This document shows, in pieces, positions 1 through 12,856 of a DNA stretch of 64,000 nucleotides. The first letter of the stretch is position 1. Each line of letters begins with the position of its first letter. The translations under genes and the position numbers were made by a program. Source of the DNA: Eledone cirrhosa (lineage: Eukaryota); the NCBI GenBank assembly GCA_964016885.1, contig OZ024756.1, positions 20,522,001-20,586,000 on the forward strand, given 5' to 3'. The notes below the pieces were generated by a model that saw only the letters and a program-made list of their open reading frames with translations, was not told the origin of the DNA and did no database searches.

Positions 1-131
1 TAAATACCCCTTCTACTTGTATATATATATATATATATATATACTTGTTCCTATTACCCACTCTACTACCCTAAGTATTGAGTACTTTGGTGCGTTATGG
101 TCCATCTGGTTCCTTACCACATTTCCTTCGT

Positions 132-162
<31 letters not shown>

Positions 163-492
163 TAAATAGAGACGTACCCATATATATATATATATATACA
201 GCAACTTTTACACAACCTCAATTAAATAAAATCAAGTAATTATCATTTGTTTGTTTTTAGTTTTTAATTAAGTAATTATAATAAATTTTTGACAGCCTCT
301 GTTTTTACAGATTAATTCTGTGAAATAAAGTTATAAAAACTATTTAAATCTAAAATTACAGCAGAACTTTATAACTCTGGATAGAATATAATTTGGTAGA
401 AACTGAATTTTATGTTTTCAAGTCAAGCAGAAAATACTAATATGACCACACTACTGGCTAATTAATGATATCTAACGAGGGAGCGTAATTGA

Positions 493-1400
493 CATGATGG
501 TGATAGTGGATGATGGTGATGGTGGATGATGGTGATGGTGATGGGGGTGGGGATGGTGGTGATGGGGATAATGATGGTGAAGATGATGATGATGAAGATG
601 ATGAAGATGATAATGATGGTGGTGGTGGTGACGATGATGATGGTGGTGGTGATGGTGGCAATGATGGGGATGATGGTGGTGATGGTGGGGATGATGGTGG
701 TGGTGGTGATGATGATGGTGGGGATGATGATGGTGGGGATGATGATCATAATGATGATAAGTTGTGACCTTTTTTTTCTTCTCTAATAATTATCCTGTTT
801 AAAGCGATGCCATATTCCATAACTAAATTGATTCTTGTCAGCTGTGGACGAAAGGGAATCAACAAAAATACTGATGGGAGTCAAAATAATTAACCCCTAT
901 GTCTAAACCCTGCTGCTGCTGCTACTACTACTGCTCCACCACCACCACCACACATCACCACCTCCACACTGCCGTCACCAACACACCTCCACCACAACAC
1001 CCTTTCCACCACAACCAGCACACCTCCATCCATACAACACCACCACATCACCCTTTCCACCATCACCACCAGCACCCTTTCCACCACCACACTTCCACAA
1101 CACCACCACCACCACCACCACCACATCACCCTTTCCACCATCACCACCACACCCTTTCCACCACAACCAGCACCCTTTCCACCACCACACTTCCACATGA
1201 CACCACCACCACATCACCCTTTCAACCACAACCAGCACCCTTTCCACCACACTTCCACACACCACCACGTCACCCTTTCCACCCCACCCCCCACACGACA
1301 CCACCACATTACCCTTTCCACCTCCTCAAAAACTACCACCAGACCCATCACCACCACAACCTCCACACGGCTGCCACCACCACCCTACTGCTACCATCAC
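493..1400. repeat. (GAT/GGT)n and (CAC)n-rich degenerate microsatellite blocks
   Basis: Trinucleotide-based low complexity; explains ORFs 458-1477. Confidence 0.9.
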
Positions 1401-1484
1401 ATAAGACAAGAAAGAAGAAGAGGCCGAGAAGAAAAGAAACAGTCAATGAAAAGGTTAGAGAATGTCTGATAAACTAAGTAATAA

Positions 1485-1705
1485 CTAATTGTTTCTTATA
1501 TAGGCACAAGGCCAGCAATTTTGAAGGTGGGGAAAGTCGATTAAATCGACCCCAGTGCATTACTGGTGCTTTATTTTATCGACAGCGTAAGGATGAAAGA
1601 CAAAGTTAACCTCGGCGGGATTTGAACTGAGAACGTAAAAGGCCATAACTCTGTGCTGCAAAGCACGGTGTCTGACTCTACCGATTACTGCTAATCCACC
1701 ACTGT
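1485..1705 (-). mobile_element. tRNA-derived SINE, family A (central domain gaggttaactttgcctttcatccttacggggtcgataaaataaagtaccagt, tail ...gaaacaatta)
   Basis: Similar copies at about 5600-6010, 10545-10765, 11265-11510, 29700-29920, 35530-35735, 36525-36680, 41105-41480, 46495-46948, 51460-52040; B-box-like gagttcaaatccc. Confidence 0.85.
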
Positions 1706-1763
1706 AATAACTAATAACAAAACCCCTAAGGGATGAGGTTAAGGGAAAATTCTTTAAAATGCA

Positions 1764-1929
1764 CCGTATTTTCCGACGTCGAAGACGCTACTTTTTTCCT
1801 AAAATAAGTCTCAAAGATCTACCATGCGTCCTGGAGGCCGAAGGTTGTTTATTATTTTTTTTTCAAATTTTTGGTTGTCAAAAACGAAGCATCTTGAGGT
1901 CGAAGCATCTTCGGCGCCGGGAAATACAG
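1764..1929. mobile_element. MITE, Tc1/mariner/pogo-like
   Basis: Imperfect TIR ccgtattttccgacgtcgaaga / tcttcggcgccgggaaatacag, TA at the right flank. Confidence 0.65.
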
Positions 1930-2170
1930 TAATTATTTTATTGACATGTTCAAACTACTGAAAGCAATCACAGTTTTTTTTATTCCTCAGGCATCCAGTA
2001 ATAACTTATTTTGTTTTACTAAAATGTTTTATGAAGTTGTCCATAGGTTATATAATTCTTATATAGTTCTTAGTGTCACACTTTGTTATACATCTTTCTG
2101 TCTTTCACACATGGGGTAGACTTTATATTTAGATTAGAATTACTTTAGAATTACTACTGCTGTTGGCAAC

Positions 2171-2464
2171 CAGAGGCGTAACTAGGGTAGGGAAAGTATG
2201 GCACGTGCCATGGACGCCACATGAAGGGGGCGCCAGTTAGACTAGTAGCAAGTTCAATCAAAGTCAAATGAACCTCGTTGGAGAGTGAAAAAAGAAACTC
2301 CTTCAGATGTATGACCTGTCTCTGATCATCATGAGTGAGAACACTATGGTGGCTGGATCATTAAACCATTTATATAAATTATTAGACCCATAGGTAAAAA
2401 TACAGTGCTGGGCAGGGGAGCAATTTCACTGCTTGTCATAGGCGCTTCCCTAGTTATGCCTCTG
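2171..2464. mobile_element. hAT-type MITE
   Basis: TIR cagaggcgtaactaggg / ccctagttatgcctctg and exact 8-bp TSD ttggcaac (2163-2170, 2465-2472). Confidence 0.9.
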
Positions 2465-2509
2465 TTGGCAACAAAGGGATTTTGTCTTCGGGCAAAGATA
2501 TAGATTTCA

Positions 2510-3245
2510 GATATGGGCAGTAAATGCAGAGGATATGTGATGTTACATGGTAGTGAGACATGGGTAGTGAATGTAGAGGACGTTACATGGTAGTGAGACA
2601 TGAGTAGTGAATGTAGAGGACGTTACATGGTAGTGAGACATGGGCAGTGAATGTAGAGGACGTTACATGGTAGTGAGACATGGGTAGTGAGACTTGGGCA
2701 GTGAATGTAGAGGACGTTACATGGTAGTGAGACATGAGTAGTGAATGTAGAGGACGTTATATGGTAGTGAGACATGGGCAGTGAATGTAGAGGACGTTAC
2801 ATGGTAGTGAGACATGGGTAGTGAATGTAGAGGATGTTACATGTTAGTGAGACATGGGTAGTGAATATAGAGGACGTTACATGGTAGTGAGACATGGGTA
2901 GTGAGACTTGGGCAGTGAATGTAGAGGACGTTACATGGTAGTGAGACATGGGTAGTGAATGTAGAGGACGTTACATGGTAGTGAGACATGGGTAGTGAAA
3001 ATAGAGGACGTTACATGGTAGTGAGACATGGGTAGTGAGACATGGGTAGTGAATGTAGAGGACGTTACATGGTAGTGAGACATGGGTAGTGAATGTAGAG
3101 GACGTTACATGGTAGTGAGACATGGGTAATGAATGTAGAGGGTGAGACATGGGTAGTGAATGTAGAGGACGTTACATGGTAGTGAGACACGGGCAGTGAA
3201 TGTAAAGGATATGTTATGTTACATGATATTGAGACATGGGTAGTA
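2510..3245 (+). repeat. 40-bp minisatellite derived from RTE LINE coding sequence
   Basis: Unit gttacatggtagtgagacatgggtagtgaatgtagaggac translates LHGSETWVVNVED, the RTE YGSETW-type motif. Confidence 0.85.
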
Positions 3246-3899
3246 AATATTAAACAACAACAATAAAACAGACAGGATGGTCACAGTTGGATTGCCATAA
3301 TCAACATTAAAGAAAGCAAAAAAAAACGCGCAAAAAAAGGTAAAGAAAAAAGATGAAAATGAAGAACTGAAAGAATATTTTGTTCCTGGTAAACCTAATT
3401 AATTGAGATTTGTCATTATTCTTGCATAATGTTACAAATAATTAGCCTGTCACCATGGAAACTCACATGCAAGCAAGCATAAACCATTTATTTATTTGTT
3501 GCTGGTGGTGGTGGTGTGATGATGATGATGATGATGCTTTTTCTGTTATTGTTGTCAAAGAACTTAATTGAGGTTATTTTACACCCACACACACACCCAC
3601 ACTGATTTTTGCAGTAACATCATCCATGTCCAATTCATTCAATCCATCCGCCTTCTTGTTGTTGTTGTTGTTTAGCCCCAGGTCAACTTCAATGAGTAGC
3701 AGACCTATAAACGAAGGCTCTCCAACTTTAACCACTCCCATTACGTTACTAAGACTACAATTATTCACTGTGTTTTTTTCCCATGGTAATGGGAGTGTGA
3801 TCGGAAAAAAGATTTTGCTGTTATTTTCAACTCTTTCTAACGAAAGACACCGCCTATTACCATCATCATCATCATCACCATCTTTGCCCACTTATTGCA

Positions 3900-4030
3900 G
3901 TGAGGGTTGTGTTGCCAGAGGCCTCAGACACACACCTTCCAGGGTGTCCTACCAGAAGCAACCATCTCCAAATGTTCTGGCTGGATCTCCAAGCGAGACG
4001 AACCAAAGTTATGGATGTTATGATGCCCTC
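3900..4030 (-). mobile_element. Decayed RTE 3' fragment
   Basis: Similar by eye to 10790-10900 (agcaaccatctccaa...ggatctccaagcg...atggatgtta). Confidence 0.55.
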
Positions 4031-4089
4031 TATGATTTGGAAATTAATCAAGAATTTGGAGAGATCTAGTGACATAACTAACTTTCTCA

Positions 4090-4665
4090 TTACGAAGTTG
4101 GTGTTTGGAACATAACTTAAAAAGGTTCTAACATAATATTATGATGAAAGGTTTTTAAATAAATATAAACACTTTAAAAAAAACATAAAATTAGAGGTGG
4201 TTTCAGATGGTTTGGTATCAAAAAGGTTAAGCTTTGTTTGGGACATAACTTAAAGGTTCTTACATAAAATTATGATGGAAGATTTTAAAATAAATATAAA
4301 CACCTTAAAACAGGTAGTTTTGTTTCATAGAACCAGGGTGAAGGGGTCAGGCAGTTTGTTATTTATACAGTGAAGCTGGTGTTAGGAACATAACTTAAAG
4401 GTTCTTACATAAAATTATGAGAGAGTTTAGATAAATATAAAAATCTTAAAACAAACAGTTTTATATCATAGAACCAGGAAGGGAGGGCGGTTTCAGGCAG
4501 TTTGGTATTGAAAGAGTTAAGTTAGTGTTAGGAACATAACTTAAAGGTTCTTACATAAAATTATGAGAGGGTTAGATAAATATAAACATCTTAAAACAAA
4601 GTTCTGTATCCTAGAACTAGGAAAGGGAGGGTGGTTTCAGGCAGTATGATATTGAAAGGGTTAAG
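4090..4665. repeat. Four tandem ~140-bp copies of the end of a TTAA-type MITE
   Basis: ggaacataacttaaaggttcttacataaaattatga recurs; three units end in aaa(g/a)ggttaa-like motif; related single copy at about 60165-60625. Confidence 0.7.
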
Positions 4666-4804
4666 TTGAATGACCATGTAGAAGTGGTTTGTTGTTGCTG
4701 TTATCGCTGCAGGTGTTATTAATGTAGCTCCTTATGTAACTGTAGATATTCAATACTAACACAAACATGCAACAAACATCACTTAATGTTCACTGGAAAA
4801 TTTC

Positions 4805-5435
4805 TCATCTCTCTCTCTCAGTCTGTCTCTCTCTCTCCCACGTAATCTCAGTCTGTCTCTCTCTCTCTCACCCACGTAATCTCTCTCTGTCTCAGTCTGT
4901 CTCTTTCTCACGTAGTCTCTCTCTCTTTCTCACCCACGTAGTCTCTCTTCCTCTCTCTATCAGTCTGTCTCTCGATCTCACTCTCACCCATATATTCTCT
5001 CCCAGTCTGTCTCTCAATCTCTCTCTCTCTTGCTCACATATTCTCTCTCTGTCTGCCTGTCTCATTCTCTCTTACCCACATACACTTTCTCATCCACGTA
5101 GTCTCTCTCTCTCTCGCACACACACACACACACACATTCTATGTCTTTCTCTGTCTCTCTCACCTATATACTACATACACACTATCTCTCTCTCTCTCGC
5201 CCTCTTAATCTTTCTTTCTTTCATTCTTTCTAAGTCTCTCTCTTTCTCTCTCTCATCCTGTCTCTTTCTTACACACATACTCCCACCCTACTCTTACATC
5301 ACTCATAGCTCACTGAACAAGAGAGAGAGAGAGAGAGAAAGAGAAAGAAAGAAAAAGAAGAAAAAAAAGAAAAAGAAAAAAAGAGAATGAAAGAGAGAAT
5401 GAAAGATGAAAAGAAATATATAGAGAGAGGAAAGT
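4805..5435. repeat. (CT)n / (GA)n microsatellite region
   Basis: Low-complexity dinucleotide tracts. Confidence 0.9.
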
Positions 5436-5641
5436 AGAAGAGTTTGTAGGTGGTGTTGGTGTTGGTGTTGAAAGTGTAATTTGTGTATTGAAGAGAGGAA
5501 AGAGTTTGAATTATATGACTGTGTAGAAATACCATTAACATGGTTATGGTTGAGAGCGTCCCTCATAATAAGGACATTTACATCAGTAAACAGAAAATGA
5601 TTCGTTATCATTGATAGAATCGTTAGAGCGAGCGACAATAT

Positions 5642-6090
5642 ACAAAATATCTTGTACTGTGTTTAGTTATAGTCCTTTATATTCTGAAGTTAAATCCCGC
5701 TGAGGTCAAACTTTACCTTTCATCCTTCCGAGGTCAATAAAATAAAGTACCAGTTATATACTGGGGTTAATATATATATTTACTAACAACTGACTTTCTA
5801 TATCATTGTTTGAATGCCTTGCTTCCCTGACCATGGATACATTGAAGCTCCAAGGTCTGGCAACTGACTTGGTAAACACCCACAAAATGTCTTGTACTGT
5901 GTTTAGTTATGGTCCTTTATATTCTGAAGTTAAATCCCGCTGAGGTCAAACTTTACCTTCCATCCTTCCGAGGTCAATAAAATAAAGTACCAGTTATATA
6001 CTGGTGTTAGTATATATATTTACTAACAACTGACTTTTTATATCATTGAAGCTCCAAGATTTGGAAACTGATTTGGTAAACACTCACAAA
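5642..6090 (+). repeat. 240-bp tandem duplication containing a SINE family A body
   Basis: acaaaat(a/g)tcttgtactgtg at 5642 and 5882 with near-identical continuation. Confidence 0.85.
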
Positions 6091-6460
6091 ATTATTAACC
6101 ATCTTGCCAACAACAACCCTGAGCACCTTTTTGAATTCCTTGTGTATAACACCCGTGGATATACCTACAAAGTCAGATAACAGCTCAGCTCCCATGACTT
6201 TCAGAAACATTTTTTCACGCTCAGAGTTGCTGAAGCATGGAACAAACTACTTGCATCAGTTATTAGCTGCCGGGACACTGCATCCTTTAAAACCTCCATG
6301 CTTCCTGAGATTCGCCAACACTACACACACACATGTATATCATGACTCGTACACTGTTCACTTTCCTGACATTTGTACATTATTCTATGTACTATACATG
6401 CACCTTTGATGAGTTGTAGTGCACCTGAGCACTGTATACAATAATTTCATTATTATTATT
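6085..6460 (+). mobile_element. CR1/L2-type LINE 3' fragment
   Basis: Translates NTRGYTYKVR*...KHFFTLRVAEAWNKL...SFK (CR1-type C-terminal TRGH...FF..RV...WN.L motif); ends in (att)n tail. Confidence 0.8.
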
Positions 6461-6548
6461 GGCAGTAATTGGTAGAGCGTCAGACAAAATGCTCTGTAGC
6501 GTAGAGTTATGGTCCTTTATGTTCTGAGTACTACAAATGGTAGAGTAC

Positions 6549-6985
6549 TTTAAACCAGTCGTATCCGGGCAGAATTCTCTCACCTCTTTCTGTTCAAACT
6601 GGCTATAACTAGCCACTCATACTGATGTTGAGGTATTGTTCTCAAAATAAATGACATCAAAATCTCTGATTCAATATTATTTGAAATAACTATGTGAGGT
6701 AAAGCCTTTAGCATGAAATTATAATAGTACTCATACTGATGTTAAGGTATTGTTCTCAAAATAGATGACATCAAAATCTCTGATTCAATATTATTTGAAA
6801 TAACTATGTGAAGTAAAGCCTTTAGCGTGAAATTATAATAGTACTCATACTGATGTTAAGGTATTGTTCTCCAAATCAATGACATCAAAATCTCTGATTC
6901 AATATTATTTGAAATAACTATGTGAGGTAAAGCCTTTAGCGTGAAATTATAATAGTATATATAGAGTAATGTACATGTTAAAGGG
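6549..6985. mobile_element. piggyBac-like MITE with internal 114-bp triplication
   Basis: Same body as 15741-15962; actcatactgatg at 6615, 6729, 6843; ends aaaggg|ttaa. Confidence 0.8.
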
Positions 6986-7199
6986 TTAATATTGAAAGAG
7001 AACAGAAAGGCAAAACAAATACGATAACGTATTTTATTCTCGTTCTAATGACCCTACTGGTTCGCCAGCTTTACTGAAATTGTTTGTTTGTTTTAATTTA
7101 TTTATCTATTTACGGCTACCTGGGTAGAAGCAGGTGTAATCTTTGTGGTAACAAATAAAAGTGCTTCCTTGACTAACAGGATTTTATTGTGGAGTATGG

Positions 7200-8078
7200 A
7201 GGAGGTGGGGGTGGTGGTTGTGATATGGTGGTTGTGTTGTGGTGGTGGTGGTGGTGGTGATTGTGGTGTGGTGTGGTGTGGTGGTGATTGTGGTGTGGTG
7301 TGGTGTGGTGTGGTGTGGTGGTGGTGGTGATTGTGGTGGTGTGGTGGTGGTGGTGGTTGTGGTGGTGTGGTGGTGGTGGTGGTTGTGGTGTGGTGGTGGT
7401 GGTTGTGATGTGGTGGTTGCGTTGTGGTGGTTGTGATGTGGTGGTTGTGTTGTGGTGGTGATTGTGTTGTGGTGGTGGTGATTATGTTGTGGTGGTGGTG
7501 ATTATGTTGTGGTGGTGGTGATTATGTTGTGGTGTGGTGGTTGTGATGTGGTGGTTGTGATGTGGTGGTTGCGTTGTGGTGGTTGTGATGTGGTGGTTGT
7601 GATGTGGTGGTTGTGTTGTGGTGGTGGTGGTGGTGGTGATTGTGTTGTGGTGGTGGTGATTATGTTGTAGTGTGGTGGTTGTGATGTGGTGTGGTGGTTG
7701 TGATGTGGTGGTTGTGATGTGGAGAGGTGGTGTGGTGGTTGTGGTGTGGTGGTGGTAGTGGTGGTTATGGTGTGGTGGTGGTAGTAGTAGTGGTGGTGGT
7801 TGTGTGGTGGTGGTGTGGTGGTGGTGGTGTGGTGGTGGTGGTAGTGTGGTGGTGGTAGTGTGGTGTGGTGGTGATGTGGTGTGGTGGTGGTGGTGATGTG
7901 GTGTGGTGGTGGTGGTAGTGGTGGTGGTGGTGTGGTAGTGGTGGTTGTGGTGGTTGTGGTGGTGTGTGGTTTAGAGAAAATATCTAATGTGGTCTACAAA
8001 GAGAGAGAGAGTGTGAGAGAGAGAGAGAGAGAATGGAGTAATCGTTAAAGTAATTAACACTATATAATAGATAAGGGT

Positions 8079-8120
<42 letters not shown>

Positions 8121-8442
8121 GATGAAGGAGAGTGAAGGGGGAGCTCTTGTAAAATCGATGGGGGTGGAGTGTATGTATGTGTATGTGTGTATGGTGGAGT
8201 GTGTGTGTGTTGGTGATGGAGTGTATGTATGTGTGTGTGTGTATGTATATGTGGTGATGGTAGAGTATGTATGTATGTGTATTGGTGATGGAGTATGTGT
8301 GTATGTGTATTGGTGATGGAGTATGTGTGTGTGTGTGTGTGTGTTGGTGATGGAGTGTATGTATGTATGTGTATTGGTGATGGTGTGTGTGGGTGTGTGT
8401 GTGTGTGGTGTGTGTGGTGTGTGGGTGTGGGTGTGGGTGTGT

Positions 8443-8494
<52 letters not shown>

Positions 8495-8520
8495 AGCAGG
8501 TGGTGGCAGTGGTGAGGTAG
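7200..8520. repeat. GT-rich (GGT/GTG/GT)n microsatellites
   Basis: Low complexity. Confidence 0.9.
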
Positions 8521-8548
8521 GGAGGTTCTTTGTGTATATTTACCTTAC

Positions 8549-8649
8549 CATGTAAACCAAATAAAGTGTGTAATATAGGAGCTAAGTTGATAACATCGCA
8601 ATGACAATGTAAACAACAATATATATATAAATGGATCTGGAGCTTCTAT
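8549..8649 (-). CDS. Weak candidate exon (IEAPDPFIYILLFTLSLRCYQLSSYITHFIWFT)
   Basis: ttacag acceptor, TG|gtaagg donor, phase-compatible with candidate 8824-8941; weak polypyrimidine tract. Confidence 0.15.
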
Positions 8650-8823
8650 CTGTAACTCTTTGTAAATATATATTATACAAACGTGATCATTGTTGAAATT
8701 ACACAGCAAATTAATTAGTGAAACGATAGAAAACACCTTAACGAGAAACACATCTTATTCCACTTCACTTTCTCACCATATCTTTTACATCACATCCCAC
8801 TCTTTCAGACAATATACACTTAC

Positions 8824-8941
8824 TGTTTGTATACAAGTATAGCAAGGTTTTTGTTTCAAACAGGCCCTGATTTTATCGCAATCCTTTGTAACCCATTTGA
8901 TACAAAACCACCTGTAAAACACCTGTAAATCACCTTGAGTT
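8824..8941 (-). CDS. Candidate internal coding exon, Cys-rich peptide TQGDLQVFYRWFCIKWVTKDCDKIRACLKQKPCYTCIQT, product unknown
   Basis: Unique sequence; pyrimidine-rich acceptor ttttattttactttcatcatag, donor ACA|gtaagt, only one open frame; alternative acceptors would start the exon at 8922 or 8911. Confidence 0.4.
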
Positions 8942-9039
8942 CTATGATGAAAGTAAAATAAAAATGAAAACCTAACTAAAAAAAAAAAAAAAAAAAAAAA
9001 ACACAAAACATTGAAATAAGCAAAATTACTGTAACAACC

Positions 9040-9545
9040 TTCAGGTAGAGCTGCTACTTCTCTGAATTGAGGGATCGCAGCTCCGACATGACAGACATGG
9101 AGTTAGAATGAAGTTCCTCTCTATAGAGTGTGTAACTCGGATATTAGAGAGTCACTCGAGGTAGAGCTGCTACTTCTCTGAATTGAGATTGCAGCTCCGA
9201 TATTACAGACATGGGGTTAGAATGAGGTTCCTCTCGATAGATATAACTCGGATATCAGAGAGTCACTTCAGATAGAGCTGCTACTTCTCCAAATTGAGAG
9301 GTCACAACTCCGATACTATGGGCATATGGTTAGAATGTCACAGGAAAGAATTGCTGGACAGATTTTACGGGGAAAACCAACCAGCAGGAGACCAAGGGAT
9401 GGATGCCGAGCAAGATGGCTAGATAACATCTATGAACTTGGCTAGTCTCACATCCGGATCAATTGGAGATAGTTGCTTCTGACAGGACCCACTGGAAGGA
9501 GTGTTTGAGGACTGTCACCACAACCCTCCCAGGAATAAGTCGGTG
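9040..9545 (+). mobile_element. RTE (Expander/Rex3-like) 3' fragment with ~113-bp internal triplication
   Basis: Units at about 9043, 9159, 9270; LRYYGHMVRMSQER motif followed by the same 3' end as 10767-10930. Confidence 0.8.
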
Positions 9546-9789
9546 AAGTAGAAGACCTTAACAACTGATTGACTCTGGTCAAAATTAGGAAGAAACTGGA
9601 GAAGAAACTGGAGAAGAAAAATTTGTGAGACTCCATGTATATAAAGGAAAGGAACCAGCTTACATCATCAGATCATGGTCTAATGACATAAGCTGGCCAT
9701 AGAAATGTATATTATGTAATTGTGAAACATTAAATGAATATATTGAAATCCAGCCTTCTATTTTCATTGAAGTATATATATATCCCTCA

Positions 9790-10095
9790 CAGTAAAGTGG
9801 TCATGTGGGTGTCATGACAAAAAGCACCCAGCCCACTCCTATAAGGTGGTCATGTGGGTGTCATGACAAAAAGCACCCAGCCCACTCCTATAAAGTGGTC
9901 ATGTAAGTGTCACAACAAAAAGCACCCAGCACACACTGTAAATGTGGTTGGGAAAGGCATCCAGCCATAGAAACCTAGTCAGAAACAGTTCTATATGAGT
10001 AAGACATTGTTACCTGACCCAACTTGCCTCTTATGGAATAACCTGTCCAACCCATGCTAGCGTGTAAAAGGGATGTTAAACGATGATGACGATAT
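9790..10095 (+). mobile_element. SINE family B fragment (ggcatccagc..tagaaa core, aacccatgctagc...(gat)n tail) with ~49-bp tandem units
   Basis: Related copies at about 14260-14670, 15030-15470, 29150-29575, 42400-42670, 45020-45195. Confidence 0.75.
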
Positions 10096-10195
10096 ATAAA
10101 TATATATTCCGAGGAATGATTCTCTGTAAGTGGTGTAGTACCCTACAATATGGGAATAACAATATTGATTGATTTAATCAACTAAGTCTAATTAA

Positions 10196-10397
10196 CCCTT
10201 TAGCATTTACATTACTCTATAGTTACTATTGTATTTCACAGTAAAGGCTTTACCTCTCATAATATCGAATCTATGATTTTGATATTTATTTTTAGTGCAA
10301 TACCTTAACTTTGGTATGAGTGGCCGGTTATGACCAGTTTAAACAGAAAGAGGTGAGAGAATTCAGGCCAGATACAGTCGGTTTAAATGCTAAAGGA
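10196..10397. mobile_element. piggyBac-like MITE
   Basis: TTAA|ccctttagcattta ... taaatgctaaagga|TTAA. Confidence 0.85.
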
Positions 10398-10766
10398 TTA
10401 AAAGTGGTGCCCTAGCATCATCACAGTCCCTCGTCTGAAAGCAGTAAAAAGGAAAAAAAATATATAGAAGAGTATCTCTTTGTAATTTTAGTTACATTTT
10501 GTTAGCCATATTGAATATATATAAAATAAATCTATAAATAAATAAATGTTTCTAACATAGGGAAAAGGCCATAACATTGAGGAAGGCGGGGTTGATTAAA
10601 CTGACCCCCACCCCACCGGTACTTGACTGGTACTGTGTTTCATCCACCGCCATAGAAGGATGAAAGGATAAAGTTGACCTTAGTGAGTTATGAAGTGAAG
10701 AGCCAGAACAATTACTGAAAGGGATTTTATTTGCTGCTCCAACGATTCTGCTAATCCTTCACCGAC

Positions 10767-11220
10767 TTATTCCAGAGAAGGTTGTGGGGACAGAGTCCTC
10801 AAACACTCCTGCCAGCGGGTCTTGTCAAAAGCAACTGTTTCCAACTGATCCGGCTGCATCCCCAAGCGTGACCAGCCAAGCTCATGGATGTTATCCAACC
10901 ATCTTGCTCGGGATTTATCCCTGGGTGTCCTGCCGGTTTCCACCAATTGTTTCCTGAGATATAACCACATGCCCATAGTATCATAGTTATGATCTCTCAA
11001 TTCGGAGAAGTAGTGACTCTTGCTGGAGTGACTCTCTAATCACCGAGCTATGCACTTTATCAAGTAACATTACTCCAAAGACCCTTCGGAGGAACCCCAT
11101 TTCGGCCACTTGTATTCGCAATGATATTCTTTTGGTCATTACCCAAGATTCATGACCATAGGTAAGGGTTGACATGAATACCAAATTGAAGATGGGGAGT
11201 TTGGCTTTTACACCAACCTC
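10767..11220 (-). mobile_element. RTE-clade LINE 3' fragment, Expander/Rex3-like
   Basis: TLTYGHESWVMTKRISLRIQVAEMGFLRRVFGVMLLDKVHSSVIRESL...LLLRIERS; contains stops and frameshifts. Confidence 0.85.
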
Positions 11221-11769
11221 CCTTCTTCGATTTTACGCCATCCTACCTTCCTTTAAATTCATAAATGGTTTCTAATTTTAGCACAAGGACTGTAATTTGT
11301 TGGAGAGGATGGATGGGGGGGGGGGGGTTGATTACATCGCCCTCCCCCAGTTTTTGACTGGTACTTTATTTTATTGATCCACCCACCGGGGGGATGATGA
11401 AAGGTAAAGTTGACCTTGGTTGGATGATTTGAATTCAGATTGTAAAGAACTAAAGAGTGGGAACAAATACCGTAATGGCACTTTATCTGAGGTTCTAGCT
11501 ATTCTGTCAATGTCACACACACCCTCAGTAAATAAATAAAGAGAAAAATAGAAGATTGGAAGAAAGAAAAATGGAAGGAGAAAGAGAGAAAGAAGGTTGT
11601 ATGAAGTCAATATCTACAAATGAATTAATTAAATCAATTAATCGTGATAAAACATTGCCTTGTCAATTGTTGTTGTCATAGTGATAACTGTAACATATTT
11701 GATTGGCTCTAAGTAATATCTAGATTTACACTTAGCTTAACCCCTCTCTCCTCTTGTCACACTCTTCTG

Positions 11770-12080
11770 ACCACCTCCCTCATCAAAACAACTCTCTCCT
11801 CCACCCCAGGGCCTTAACCACCACCACCTCCCTCATCAAAACAACTCTCTCCTCCACCCCAGGGCCTTAACCACCACCACCTCCCTCATCAAAACAACTC
11901 TCTCCTCCACCCCAGGGCCTTAACCACCACCACCTCCCTCATCAAACAACACTCCTTCACTCCAGGCCTCCCACCACCTCTCTCATCAAACAACACTCCG
12001 CCATTCCAGAGCCTCCCCCACCTCTCTCATCAAACAACACTCCACCATTCCAGGCACCTCCACATCCCTCATCAAACAAC
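11770..12080. repeat. 53-bp minisatellite decaying into ~39-bp units
   Basis: ccacctccctcatcaaaacaactctctcctccaccccagggccttaacca x3 plus variants. Confidence 0.85.
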
Positions 12081-12081
12081 T

Positions 12082-12856
12082 GTGTTGCACTGTATTATAC
12101 TGTACTTTATTGCACTGTACAGTACTGTACTATATCGTACTGTACTGTACTGTACTACATTGCATTACACTGTACTATATTGTACTGTACTGTACAGTAT
12201 TGTAATGTACTACATTGCATTACACTGTACTATATTGTACTGTACTATATTGTACTGTATTGTAATGTACTACATTGCATTACACTGTACTATATTGTAC
12301 TGTACTATATTGTACTGTACTGTATTGTAATGTACTACATTGCATTACACTGTACTATATTGTACTGTACTATATTGTACTGTACTGTATTGTAATGTAC
12401 TACATTGCATTACACTGTACTATATTGTACTGTACTATATTGTACTGTACTGTATTGTAATGTACTACATTGCATTACACTGTACTATATTGTACTGTAC
12501 TGTATTGTAATGTACTACATTGCATTACACTGTACTATATTGTACTGTACTGTATTGTATTGTACTACATTGCATTACACTGTACTATATTGTACTGTAC
12601 TGTATTGTACTACATTGCATTACACTGTACTATATTGTACTGTACTGTATTGTACTACATTGCATTACACTGTACTATATTGTACTATACTGTACTGTAT
12701 GGTATTGTATTGTACTATACTGTACTACATTGCATTGCACTGTATTGTACTTTATTGTACTGTGTTACACAGTATTGTATTGTACTGCTCTTTACTGTAT
12801 TGCACTGTACAGTATTGTACTATACTGTACTGTATTGTGTTGTATTGTGTTGTGTC
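12082..12856. repeat. Pentamer-based satellite (tgtac/tatat/tgcat) with 50-65 bp higher-order units
   Basis: tgtactacattgcattacactgtactatat recurs. Confidence 0.9.

Noticed and set aside
3574-4115. ORFs 3574-3891(-) and 3626-4069(+) as genes
   Set aside because: Built from microsatellite, a dispersed repeat tail (tttagccccaggtca) and an RTE fragment
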